Assembly (NCBI GenBank): GCA_963514005.1
Contig: OY740785.1
Span: forward strand, 28,644,001 to 28,708,000
Source: Raja brachyura
Taxonomy: Eukaryota
DNA: 64,000 nt
Direction: 5' to 3'
Below the pieces are notes generated by a model. That model was not told the DNA's origin. It ran no database searches and saw only the letters and a program-made list of their open reading frames with translations. Below, piece after piece: positions 12,324 to 24,046 of the stretch. The translations under genes and the position numbers were made by a program. How positions within the stretch are numbered: the stretch's first letter is position 1; every line of letters starts with the position of its first letter.

Positions 12324-12960
12324 CTGGAATATCAGCAAAGCTGCTTAAAACAATTGCTCCCCCACACTGTTTTATTACTTGCAAATCAAAGTCATCAAAA
12401 TCATAGGCAATTAGAAGTTTACAAATCTATAAAAAATTACTATTTACAAAATCAAAGTTGTCAATATTGAAAATATGTACCACAGTAAAAAAATTATCAA
12501 TATTAATGTCTTGCCTTAAAACCAATGAAATGTCTATGCAATCTAGGATAATTTTATTAACACTTGAATAGGCAGAAAAACCAAGTCACAAAAAGTACAT
12601 TGAACGCCATAAACATTTAGAAGGGCAACATCATTTATTTCCAAAAGGTGTTTGATCACACAACGCATTTGCTAGCAAAATTAAAGCATATATTAAAGGG
12701 ACAGTGTTACATGGATAAAGAAAAAAGCTAAGAAATAAAAGGAAGAGAACAGTGGTTTAATCAGACCAAAGGATGATATGCAATTTGGATTCTGAGACTT
12801 TGTTCCAAGGACAACTGCTTAGTTTAATATTTTGTAGTTACGATTTACTAATTGAATCAGTTTGCGTCATTTGGTTTGTAATAAAAATAACAAATTTCAA
12901 AATATCAGAAAAAGCTGATGGAATTTAATTTAATTTTAAGATTGTTTTTTAAAAGTAGCA

Positions 12961-13960
12961 AAGTGGGGTACCGCAAGACTCGGTGCTGGGACCGCAGCTA
13001 TTTACAATCTACATTAATGATCTAGATGAAGGGATTAAGAGTAACATTAGCACATTTGCAGATGACACAAAGCTGGGTGGCAGTGTGAACTGTGAGGAGG
13101 ATGCTATGAGGATGCAGGGTGACTTGGACAGGTTGGGTGAGTGGGCAGATGCATGGCATATTCAGTTTAATGTGGATAAATGTGAGGTTATCCACTTTGG
13201 TGGCAAAAACAGGAAGGCAGATTATTATCTGAATGGTGTCAAATTAGGAAAAAGGGAAGTACAACGAGATCTGGGTGTCCTTGTTCATCAGTCAATTAAA
13301 GTAAGCATGCAGGTACAGCAGGCAGTGAAGAAAGCTAATGGCATGTTGGCCTTCATAACAAGAAGAATTGAGTATAGGAGCAAAGAGGTCCTTCTACAGT
13401 TGTACAGGGCCCTAGTGAGATCACACCTCGGGTATTGTGTGCAATTATGGTCTCCAAATTTGAGAAAGGACATTCTTGCTATTGAGGGAGTGTAGCAAAG
13501 GTTTACAAGGTTAATTCCCAGGATGGCCGAACTGTCATATGTTGAAAGAATGGAGCAACTGGGTTTATATACATTGGAATTTAGGATGAGAGGGGATCTT
13601 ATTGAAACGTATATGATTATTGGATTGGACATGCTAGAAGCAGGAAACATGTTCCCGATGTTGGGGGAGTCCAGAACCAGGGGCCACAGTTTAAGAATAA
13701 GGGGTAGGCCATTTACAACAGAAATGAGAAAAAACCTTTTCACCCAGAGAGTTGTGAATCTGTGGAATTCTTTGCCTCAGAAGGCAGTGGAGGCCAATTC
13801 TGTGGATGCTTTCAAGAGAGTTAGATGGAGCTCTTAAAGATATCCGAGTCAAGGAATATGGGGAGAAGGCAGGAAAGGGGAACGGATTGTGGATAATCAG
13901 CCATGATCACAGTGAATGGCGGTGCTGGTTTGAAGGGCCTACTCCTGTACCTACTGTCTA
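12961..13960 (+). mobile_element. CR1-like LINE reverse transcriptase 3' fragment with stop and frameshift
   Basis: SGVPQ-SVLGPQLFTIYINDLD...FADDTKLGG RT motifs through to the CR1 C-terminus. Confidence 0.93.
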
Positions 13961-14398
13961 TTGCCGATTAATCATCAACTCTGACAACACCAAGCATTTT
14001 AAGGCATGCGTTGGTTGCAGTGTATTGTGAACCAGTTTACAATAGATTAAGCAATAGAGCCTATACAACCAAACTTGAATACAAAGAAGTTTAATGTTCG
14101 AGTTGCAGTGGCTGCCGAATATTTCTGCAAATATATGCCAATGCTCTCCAGAGATGCTGCCTGATCTGCTGGGTTTCCCCAGCACTTTGTGTCCTTTTGT
14201 ATATTAACAAGCATCTGCAGTTCTTTGTTTCTACTGCTTATACAATTATACTATTACTTGGCAAACCTTTACTCAGTTATAGAGGACAATCGGCAATAAA
14301 ATAAACCATTCTCTCCCCAATGTTCATTGTAACAAGGGTTTAACTGTATTGAATCACTTTAAATTTTAACAAGAAACGATTAACTTTCATTTCTTTAC

Positions 14399-14532
14399 CT
14401 CCTCACAGCCATCCATCATACCATCAGATCCTCTTCCAGGTCCCCAGGTTTTGCGTTTCTGTTGTGGTTTTGGTTGACCTCGCATAGCACGGCCACGGCC
14501 AATTCCTCGACCTCTACCCTTTTGCATGACAC
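14399..14532 (-). CDS. ZC3H6: ZC3H6 exon 5 (GRGRGIGRGR, RG-rich)
   Basis: tag|GT GTC ATG CAA AAG GGT AGA GGT CGA ... GAG GAG|gtaaag; 134 nt, phase 1 to 0. Confidence 0.9.
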
Positions 14533-15326
14533 CTAGTAAAAAATCCACAAATTATTACATTTCTCAGTTAAAAAACTCTCAAAGCACAAAAGCATCTGGC
14601 AGACAAAGTCCCGCATTAAATCTTTTCATTTAGTCAAACTAAATAAGTTTTCAGACTTGAGTGTCCCTTTTTATGGGGACGTCAGGGCAGATTCCTATTT
14701 GCGTAACGGAAGAAATGAGAAATAACAAGCCTGACAGAGTATTTCAGTTCAGTAATCAAATCAAAAGACATCATTTATGGAGTTATTTATTTCATATTTT
14801 TTATTTGGGTTAAAATTCATCCAAGAAAAAGTCTCTTCTGTCTGCTGCGTCATTAAAAAGTTTAAAAAAAAATTAGCCTAATCAGCAGTGGGCATGCTAA
14901 TGGACTTCAGATGATGCTGCTTGTCCCACTGAGTTACTCCAGCATTTTGTGTCTACCTTCAGATGATACAATCGGGATTTTGAAGGAGAAAAAACAAATT
15001 CAATGGAAGTAACTACAGAGATGTCTGTAGAAAACTAGGAATTGCAGATGCAGGTTTTAAAAAACGAGTTTGAGTAACTCAGCAGGCCAGGAAATAGCTC
15101 TGGAAAACATGGATAGGGGACGTTTTGTGTCAGGACCCTTCCTCAGACTGTCTTGTTTCATGCCTGATTGAATCATTTGCAAATTCAATTAAGAATTGTT
15201 TCTACTCTAGACAGTTAAGAAAATCCAGAGGTTTAGTGAAGTTTCAAATAAGTCATGAAGAATTGTGGAGCTTGCGTATCAACAGTTGATTTACTTGGAG
15301 CAAATTATATAAGCACTAGAGACTTA

Positions 15327-15628
15327 GGGCGGCATGGTGGCGCAGCGGTAGAGTTGCTGCCTTACAGCGCCGGAGACCCGGGTTCGATCCAGACTACAGG
15401 CGCTGTCAGTATGGAGTTTGTACGTTCTCCCAGTGACCTGCGTGGGTTTTCTCCAAGATCTTCGGTTTCGTTCCACACTCCAAAGACGTACAGGTTTGTA
15501 GGTTAATTGGCTTGGTATAAATGTAAATTACCCCCAGTGTGTGCAGGATAAGTGTGGGGCCCCAGGTCGGCGCGGACCCGGTGGGCCGAAAAGCCTGTTT
15601 CTGCGCTGTATCACTAAACTAAATTAAA
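15327..15628 (+). mobile_element. tRNA-derived SINE (HE1/V-SINE-like)
   Basis: A-box TGGCGCAGCGG, B-box GGTTCGATCC (15381-15390), core cgtgggttttctcc, CR1-like 3' end and (CTAAA)n tail. Confidence 0.85.
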
Positions 15629-15800
15629 CACTAAGCAGTGCTAAAATGTGTTTGAGGGGGAAAATGACCTTTGTAGCTGTCATAGAATACAAGTTCTTGA
15701 ATACAGCCCATTCACAAATGGCCACCTAAATTTAAATGTAACACATACACACCATTAAACTTCCGGAATACAAAGTTTTAAAGAAACAAACACAACTCAC

Positions 15801-16059
15801 CCATCGGGATATCCTTCATACCAGGTTTCCGCATCTGTCCCATTGGTGGCCCTTTTGGAGACATAACATTTGAGGCTTCCTTTGCCTGCTTGTATTGTTT
15901 CAGTTCATTCGCAAAGTCATCACACTCTTCCTCTTCATATGTATCATATTTCTCCTCACTATAGTCGCTATAATCAGCATAGTCACGGTTATCAGCATTG
16001 TTGTTATTGTACGGTTTCTGTGCAGGGGATTTCATGTAATTTCCAGGTCCTTGAGCATG
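15801..16059 (-). CDS. ZC3H6: ZC3H6 exon 4 (DDFANELKQYKQAKE)
   Basis: Overlaps ORF 15778..16035; tag acceptor, G|gtgagt donor; 259 nt; DFANELKQY family motif. Confidence 0.95.
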
Positions 16060-16199
16060 CTAAAACCAAAATGAGGCTAAGTCAAGTCCAAACACAGTTT
16101 CATATCAATTTCAGATTAACATTTTAAACATTATCAATGCATATTATAAAGCAGAATTTCAAACCAGGATTGTTTAACATCAGGAGCTTTCTCAAATGT

Positions 16200-16515
16200 T
16201 TAGTTTAGTTTAGAGATACAGCACGGAAAATGCCCTTTAGCCCACCAAGTCAATGCTGGCCACTGATCACCCGTTCACACCAGTTTTACATTATCCCATT
16301 TTCTCATCCACTCCTTTCACATGAGGGGCAATGTACAGAGGCCAATTAACCTAAAGGCCCACACATATTGTGGGATGTCAGAGGAAACCAGAGCACCTGG
16401 AGGAAACCCATACGATCACAGGGATAACGTGCAAACTCCAAAGAGACAGCGCCCAAGGTCAGGACCGATCCCAGGTCTCTCATGCTATGAGGCAGCAGCT
16501 CCACCAGCTGCGCTA
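16200..16515 (-). mobile_element. tRNA-derived SINE, same family, decayed
   Basis: (TTTAG)n tail plus agatacagc; reverse complement of core and head. Confidence 0.75.
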
Positions 16516-16583
16516 TTGAGCTGCTCCCTAAATGCTTTCCACATTTTATTATTCAAGCCACAGTAGATAAACTCATCCATATT

Positions 16584-16720
16584 ATTGTATCGTTGTATAC
16601 ATGACCATTTAATTCTATATTTGCCCAACTTCACTTTTAAATGTGGCAGAATTGTATCGTTGTATACATGACCATTTAATTCTATATTTGCCCAACTTCA
16701 CTTTTAAATGTGGCAGAATT
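16584..16720. repeat. Perfect 67-bp tandem duplication
   Basis: attgtatcgttgtatacatg...atgtggcaga at 16584-16650 and again at 16651-16717. Confidence 0.9.
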
Positions 16721-17233
16721 CAAAAAAATGGAATACACAAAAAACAATATAGTTTTCTGAATATATTGCTGACCAATTTATTAAATCTATTTAGTTGGGA
16801 GTTATGTACTGCACAACAACAAATACACCCAATTCTATGACTAAAAGAAAGTGGGTAAAAAAGTTATTTTACATAGGAGAGGGCTGCAACATGCTGGATT
16901 AACTCAGCAGCACAGGCAACATCTCTGGTTAGAAGGAATGGGTGACTTTTTGGGTGGAGACCCTTCAGTGTTTTACATTGGGTTGGATCCTTATCGTTAT
17001 AGGTATCTCTGCATGGGCATACCGTCCCGGTCAGCAAATTAAAAAGATCCACATTCATGCTTTAGTTTCAAAGCATGTTTTATCTACTACACAGAAATTA
17101 TTTACAGCAGCATAGTTGAAGTAACTATGTTGTAAAAAATTAAGTATTGCATTAAAAAAAAATATATATATATATACTAACTGACCAGAAAAAGGGCGCT
17201 TTGAAAATATCGTAGCTATTTTTGGGTACCTAC

Positions 17234-17350
17234 CGCAGGGAATGGAGCATCATATTCCCTGTAGGGTGCAGGAGCTTTCTTGTATGATCTTTCCGTATCA
17301 ATATCAGAATCATAGCTGTAGTCTGAATCACCACTGGAAGGAGAATGCCG
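17234..17350 (-). CDS. ZC3H6: ZC3H6 exon 3 ([16 protein letters not shown]...REYDAPFPA)
   Basis: tag acceptor and gtaggt donor; 117 nt in frame; similar to ZC3H6 HNSPSSDDSSDYSLDSD. Confidence 0.93.
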
Positions 17351-17431
17351 CTAGAAAGGAATTAAAGTTTATTCAGTACAATATGGCCCAATATATATAT
17401 ACATATATAAAATGTGAATGCTTATTTGATT

Positions 17432-18430
17432 CTAAAGGGGGTTGGCTGCCAGTGACCAGTGGAGTTCCACAAGGGTCGGTGCTGAGCCCGCTACTCTTCA
17501 CGTTGTATATTAATGATTTGGGCGAGGGGATTGAAGGCTTTGTGGCATAGTGTGCAGGCGATATAAAAATTGGAGAAGGGGCAGGTAGTGTAGAGAAAGC
17601 AGGACTCTGCAGAAGGACGTGGTCAGGTTGGCAGAGTGAGCAGAGAAGTGGCAGATGGAACATAGTGTAGCAAAGTGTGGATTCATGCATTTTGGTAAGA
17701 GGAATAAAGGTGGTGATTATTTTCTAAATGGGGTGAGAATCCAGAAATCGGAGGTGCAATGGGACTTGGTAGTGCTGGCGCAGGATTCCCAAATAGTTAA
17801 TCTGCAAGTGGAATCGGTAGTAAAGAAAGCAAACTCAATGCTAGCATTTATTTGTAGAGGGCTTGTGTACAAAAACAGGGATGTAATGCTGAGGCTCTAT
17901 AAGGTGTGGTCAGGCCGCATTTGGAATATTGTCAGCAATTTTGGGCACCATATCTGAGGAAGGATGTGTTGGCTCTGGAGAGGGTCCAGAGGAGGCTTTC
18001 AAGAATGATCCCAGGAATTAGTAGGTTAACCTATGATGAGCGTTTGTTGGCACTGGGCCTGTACTCAATGGAGTTTAGAAGAATGGAGGGGGGGCCTCAT
18101 TGATACATACAGAATAGTGAAAGGCTCGGTTATTGTGGATTTGGAGAGGATGTTTCCACCGGTGGGAGAGTCTAGGACTAGAGGTCATAGCCTCAGAATT
18201 AAAGGACGTTCTTTGAGGAAGGAGATGAGGAGAAATGTCTTTAGGCAGAGAGTGGTGAATCTGTGCAGTTCTTTGCCACAGAAGGCTGTGGAGGCCAAGT
18301 CATCGGATATTTCTAAGGCAGAGATAGATAGATTCTTAATTAGTTCAGGTGTCAGAGATTATGGGGAGAAGGTAGGAGAATGGGGTTAGGAGGGAGAGAT
18401 AATTCTAATTCTACTCCTATTCCTTATGAC
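17432..18430 (+). mobile_element. CR1-like LINE RT 3' fragment, disrupted
   Basis: [26 protein letters not shown] ... VRPHLEYC..FWAPYLRKDVLALERVQRR. Confidence 0.92.
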
Positions 18431-18495
18431 ATTATAGTAACCAAATTACATGGGTAAACCAGTCAATAAAGACACTAGTAATATAATTACTGTAC

Positions 18496-18682
18496 CTTGT
18501 GCTTCTCTTTCTTCCTCTTTTTTGTCTTTTTCTTTTCTCTTTCTTTCTCACGTTTTCTCTTCTTCTTGGATCTTCTATGGGACGATTTGTCCTCTTTCTC
18601 ATTTTCTTTTGTCTCCTTCTTTACTTCATTTCCTTCAGCTCCATCATCATCGATTTCCCCATCTTCAAGTTCCCCATCCTCC
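18496..18682 (-). CDS. ZC3H6: ZC3H6 exon 2 (EDGELEDGEIDD acidic motif plus Lys/Arg-rich tract)
   Basis: ttctacag|G GAG GAT GGG GAA CTT GAA GAT ... GAG AAG CAC AAG|gtacag; 187 nt, phase 2 to 0. Confidence 0.95.
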
Positions 18683-20119
18683 CTGTAGAAACGATTATCA
18701 GCAGCATAGAAAAGTCACGCCATACTCAGGTTTACACATTCATCATTGAAGTTTTAGCTGGGTAGTTTTTTTTAATGTTGTATTAAGGTTGGCTTTTAAA
18801 AAAAATCTGTCAAACTTTCTTCCAAAAAAAATCCACAGAAAATGGTCCATTGTACTAGACATGTGCTTAATGCTGACTAACTTCATCTCTTGCAATAATC
18901 AGAAATTGTGCAAAACCATGCCTCAAGACAACATTGTTACAATGAAAGAAATATAGTAAAATAAAAAAGAGCAAACCGTACCAGATACACAAATTACCTA
19001 ATAAAAATGCCCATAGCTAGCACAAGACAACCAGCAAAGAGTAAGCTAGTAGACCCATCAAGCTCACCCTGCTAGTCCATAAGTTTATGCTCATCTATGC
19101 AGGCATCAATTTCTCTTGTCGGTTTCCCCATAACCCCCAATTCATTGTCCCCTCAACTATTTACCCATCACTGTAAATATTTCTAATAATCTTCGCCTCC
19201 ATCACTTTCTGCAACAGCATTCTAGAGTCACTCTTCTGATAAAACATTGCTACGCAACTCAGTTTTAATCACCAGCCCCTCGTAGTTATGTCCTTTTATT
19301 AAAGACTCTCCCACTTATGAGAATATCTCAATGCCCACCTTCAGACTGACTGAAGGGGGGGGTTTAAGAAAGAGAGGTGGGTGTCATCTCTCCGTGTTCT
19401 CCAGAGATGCTGCCTGGAATGCTGAGTTTCTCCAGCAATTTGTGTCGTCCTTCGGTAAACCAACATCTGCAGTTCCTTGTTATTTCAATATCTACCTTGC
19501 CAGGCCCTTGAGACTTTATAATGTTTGATTAGGGTTATATCTCACTCGTATACACACAAAGGAATATAGGCCCAAACTGCTCTGTCTCTCTTGTTCGGCC
19601 AGATAACCCTCTCGTATCCGGAATTAGCCAGGTGATTCTCATTTGAACTGCATTCATGAAAGTATCACATAATGAATGTATCCAGAACTTGAGGCACTTT
19701 TGGCAACCCAGTAACTTTCTACTTCCCCATGTACCAAGGTCTATTCAAAGCAGTAAAATTCCATCATACGTGCAGAGCAGCTCATTGGTAGAAACACTTC
19801 AGAGTAGAAGACAGAACCAGACAGTCTATTTTATTATGTCAATGAGTTGGACAACATACTTTGTTAAGACAATATTTGCGGTGACCAAAGTTCAACTGGA
19901 AACAGAACCTGCTGATTATACGTGTAGCAATTCTGGTAACACGTTCATAAAAATAAACAAAGCGATGGATTTAGGTTAATTTAGGATTTATGTGGCGGTG
20001 TTGAAAACATAAAGCCAGTTTGGGGATAGCATGGAATTCCATTAATCATTTATGAGTTAACTTTTGATTATGAAAGCATGCTTCAGTAAAGATGCATACA
20101 AAACCTTACAAGACATTAC

Positions 20120-20372
20120 AAGTAGTCTGAAGAAGGGTCTCGACCTGAAATGTCGCCCATTCCTTCTCTCCAGAGATGCTGCCTCACCCGCCCAGTTACT
20201 CCAGCATTTTGTGTCTACCTTACAAAATATCAGTTGTCAAAGATTATAACTCTACCAATGTATCAGGAACAAAGGGTACACAAAAGGCAGGAGAAACTGA
20301 GCGGGTGCAGCAGCATCTAAGGAGCAAAGGAGATAGGCGACGTTTCGGGTCGAGACCCTTCTTCAGACTCTG
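20120..20372. mobile_element. Inverted pair of Penelope-derived short repeats with hammerhead-like cores
   Basis: CTGAAGAAGGGTCTCGACC(T/C)GAAA(T/C)GTC at 20127 (+) and 20366-20339 (-); same motif ends the Penelope fragments at 37.8 and 49.3 kb. Confidence 0.75.
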
Positions 20373-23300
20373 TTCAGGAACAAAGTTTATTTGCATCTTT
20401 TAACAACTAGTCAAGATATATGGATACATCTCTGAAACTTACCATATGAGTGTAGAGTAGCAAAAAGACTCAAAATGAAAAACTCAGATCACTCTTCCAA
20501 TTAAAGAGATAATTCAGGTAAACTAACCCAAGTACATTGTGGCCTCGCTATTCTCAAAGGATATGGGCATGGACATAACCCCCCCAAAAAAAAAGCTGGT
20601 AAAGATACTAAGAATGCACCTGTTAATACCTCCACAGATATAATTTATTTTATGTTTCAGTTTGTACATAAACCTACCCTGTTCGTGACTATATGAGTAC
20701 ATAGATGGCAAATGAGCAGATAATGGGGATATGTGTACTTTTTGAAAGTACAACAGTATCGCTACCACTGCTCTGCATGCTCTTGCGTGTGTCATGGCCA
20801 GAACTGGCATGCAGAGAGGAGAAAACAAACATAATTTAGGAGATATCTTGTTAATTTAACCATATAATTACTCCTTTACTGTCATTGGGACATAATCCTA
20901 TAATTGGAGGCCTTGCAGCAATTGCTGCAGTTCTTTAATATAAAGGCTGGAGCAATGATTGCTTACTGCCAACCTCAAGGGATAAGGATGCACAATAAAT
21001 ACCGCCAGCTATGCCAGCACCCAAATGAATAATCCACTAACTTTAAACAATTTTGTTACTCAAATTGTAGCGCACATTCTGTTAATGTTCTGTGTCGAAA
21101 GGAGTGCACAAAGGTTAAAATAACATCAATCTTGTTGCTGTCACTGATTTTAGAGCAACATTTCCCTCACTCCACCACAAAATGTGTTTCCCCCATAGAC
21201 GTCAATGTTGGTCTTAGACTCAACTGCCTCTTGCCATCTGTTTCCTTGCCAGTGAAACAAACCTTAATTAAGTTCTAACAGCAAATGCTAACCAAAATGA
21301 ACACAAGAACAGGGAGAGGGGTGGGAATAGGCCGATTGCCAAGGATCATTGAAACCCAGAGCTAGAGCTACTATTACCCAAATTACCCACTGATTTAAAA
21401 ATAACAGTAGCATTTCTCTACCACTATAAAGTTCCATAGTACCATAGCACTTGACTCAATGATTTGCTGGATAGGTTGCTGCCAATTTGCCAAAGTCTAA
21501 GCACTGTAAATGTAGTACACAAAATTAACACATTTAATTCAATTAATTTTGATAAATACCCATGATCTGGTTTAGTTTAGAGATACAGCGTAGAAACAGA
21601 CACTTCAGCCCACCAAGTCCATGCCGATCATCAATCTCTCTACACTAGTTCTGGATTTTTGATGACACGAATACCTAGTTACAGACTTCTGCATAACCTT
21701 CTAATTTTCTTTCTATCTTGTAACAGCCAGGTTCCCTTCAGTCAATGCTATTATCTCCAGTATCCAACAGAAAGCCCTGTTCCTCTCCTTCGTTTTTCAT
21801 GAACTTGCCCAAGTACTAATATCCAAAACAAAGCCGTAATTTATACAAAAACATAATTGTCACCTTGCCGTAACCCATGACCAAAGTTCCAAAGGTACCC
21901 CTGTTTTACCCATAAACACTTAATTTTCATCATTTACAAATATCATTAGGTATACTTAATATGAGATGCCAATCTAATGTACCACATACAACTCCATGCC
22001 TGCTAAACATAAAAGTAGTGTGCAATAGACAGAGCTAAGTAATCCCACAATTAGGTTGATCGAAGTTCAGCAACCCTACAGCCGATTATGATTCACTGAT
22101 TAAGTACCTAATGGAAGAAAATATTCAAAATCAATAATAATCTGATACATGGATGCTAATGATACAACTAAAACACTCATAACCACCTTCAGCCAGAGGT
22201 GCTCAAGGGATAAGCCACCTCAAGATTCCTCCTGACAAATGTCAGTCTTCAGCCAATTCTATTTACTTCATGTTGTAAGAAGTCATGAATCAGCTGGCAG
22301 TGCTAGATATTGCAAAGACAGTAACATCCCAGGTGTAATATATAGAATTATGCTCCAAAACTAGACCCACCTCCAGCTCATCTGTTCCAGTGCAGCTGCA
22401 CCATGCATCAACCCAAGAACATAGAAAATTGTCCTGGTACATCCGTTCCCAAAAAGCAGGACAAATACACTCCAGCCAATCATGACAAAGCCAGCCTACT
22501 TTCAAAGTAGTTGATCCCTGCATTATGGAGTGATGGGAGGGGGCAGGGGTGGGTAGTTCATTCTGGAAAAACTGTTTATACCCTGATTTTAGCAACATGA
22601 AATCCTACCATCTGCACAGGCAACAAGATATGAAAGTTGTAAACAAATATTTACTTGTTCTCACAAATTTCATGAGTGAATTTCCATTACCCCTGAGCTA
22701 GCATAACATGGGGAGCTTCTGTACTGGAAGGTTTTGTCTACAGTGTAATCAAGCAGCGTTTATTCACCAAGAACCTCCTCATCAATGTCCAATTTAAGAT
22801 TGAGTATGGATATTCAGCTTCAGTCCTCATCACAGACTTGGTCCAAACATTGGCCAAAGAACTGAATGTTCTACCTATACCCGTAACACCAAAGGATTAT
22901 TTGTCCAAGTAAGGCATTCCCCTTGATGTTAGTTTAAGAATCTTTGGAGAAACAAGTAACTGCAGGACGGTGCAATCTTGAGTAAAATGCAAAGTCCTGT
23001 AGTAACTCAATGAGTCAGGTAGCATCTCTGGAGGGAGAGGAGGGACATTTTGGTTCGGGAACCTTTCCTCAGATTCCAATTTTTGGTGTTACAGTTAGCA
23101 CAGAGAAAGCTAGATATTCATTCGAAGGTTAAACTCCTAACTGCAGGATGATTGCTACAATAGCTCCTCAGTGTGGACCTAGGCTCAAACCTTTTCAGCT
23201 GCCACATTAGTGAACTTTCTTCCAACACAAAGTCAGAAATTAGGATGTTTTTCCTATTCAAAGCTCTTCTACAAATGAAGCAGTGCCTTGACAATATGTA

Positions 23301-24046
23301 GGTGTGGTTGAAAAGTGGCAATGGATACTTGTACCACAGAAGCGCCAGCCATGATCATCTCTAAGAGTTAAATCTCCAACTCTTGGTAAATCAATAAAAT
23401 TACCATTGTTAAACCATTCACCATCTTCAAGTGTCACCGTTCATCAAAAACGCAATGAGAAAAATACTGTGGCTATCGGTTGAATGGGTATCTAATGCTG
23501 AGCAGTTCATCTCCTGACACCCTAAAGCCTCAGCTATCTACAAGGTACAAATAAAAAACACAAATAGCAAACTAGTTTCTAAACCGTGTAAGAAGGGAAA
23601 TATTACAAACCAGGACAGGATAAATATTTGAGAATAGGGAAATAAAGTTTTCATGACACAAAAAAATTGCCTGAAAATAGTGGTGTAAAGTGAACGCAGA
23701 GCTCAAAGAAATTAGGTAGACATAAAATGGTGGAGTAACTCAGCGGGACAGGCAGCATTTCTGGAGAGAAGGAATGGGTGATGTTTTGGGTCAAGACCCT
23801 TCTTCAGACTGATGTCAGGGGAGTGGGTGGGACAGAAATCTTTTCTGGACCCCTTTCTGATCAAAGAAATCAGTATTAGTTAAAGAAATGTACATAGTTA
23901 GAATATTGGTCTTTATTGCATGAGGATTTGAGTACAAAAGTAGACTGTGTTGATATAGTTATATTTAGCCTTAGTGAGACCACATCTGAAATATTGTGCA
24001 TGTCTAGCCAGCTACATGATTCACGCAATATAGCCAATGTAGTGAA

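Noticed and set aside
12983-13837. Functional reverse transcriptase gene
   Set aside because: 5'-truncated CR1 with an in-frame stop and frameshift; the 17.4, 49.5 and 60 kb LINE fragments are likewise disrupted.
15327-15400. tRNA gene
   Set aside because: A and B boxes are present but it runs into a SINE core and tail, and recurs many times in decayed form.
21900-23600. Possible hidden gene in ZC3H6 intron 1
   Set aside because: Only short unrelated ORFs in what looks like old decayed repeat sequence; no consistent exon chain found.
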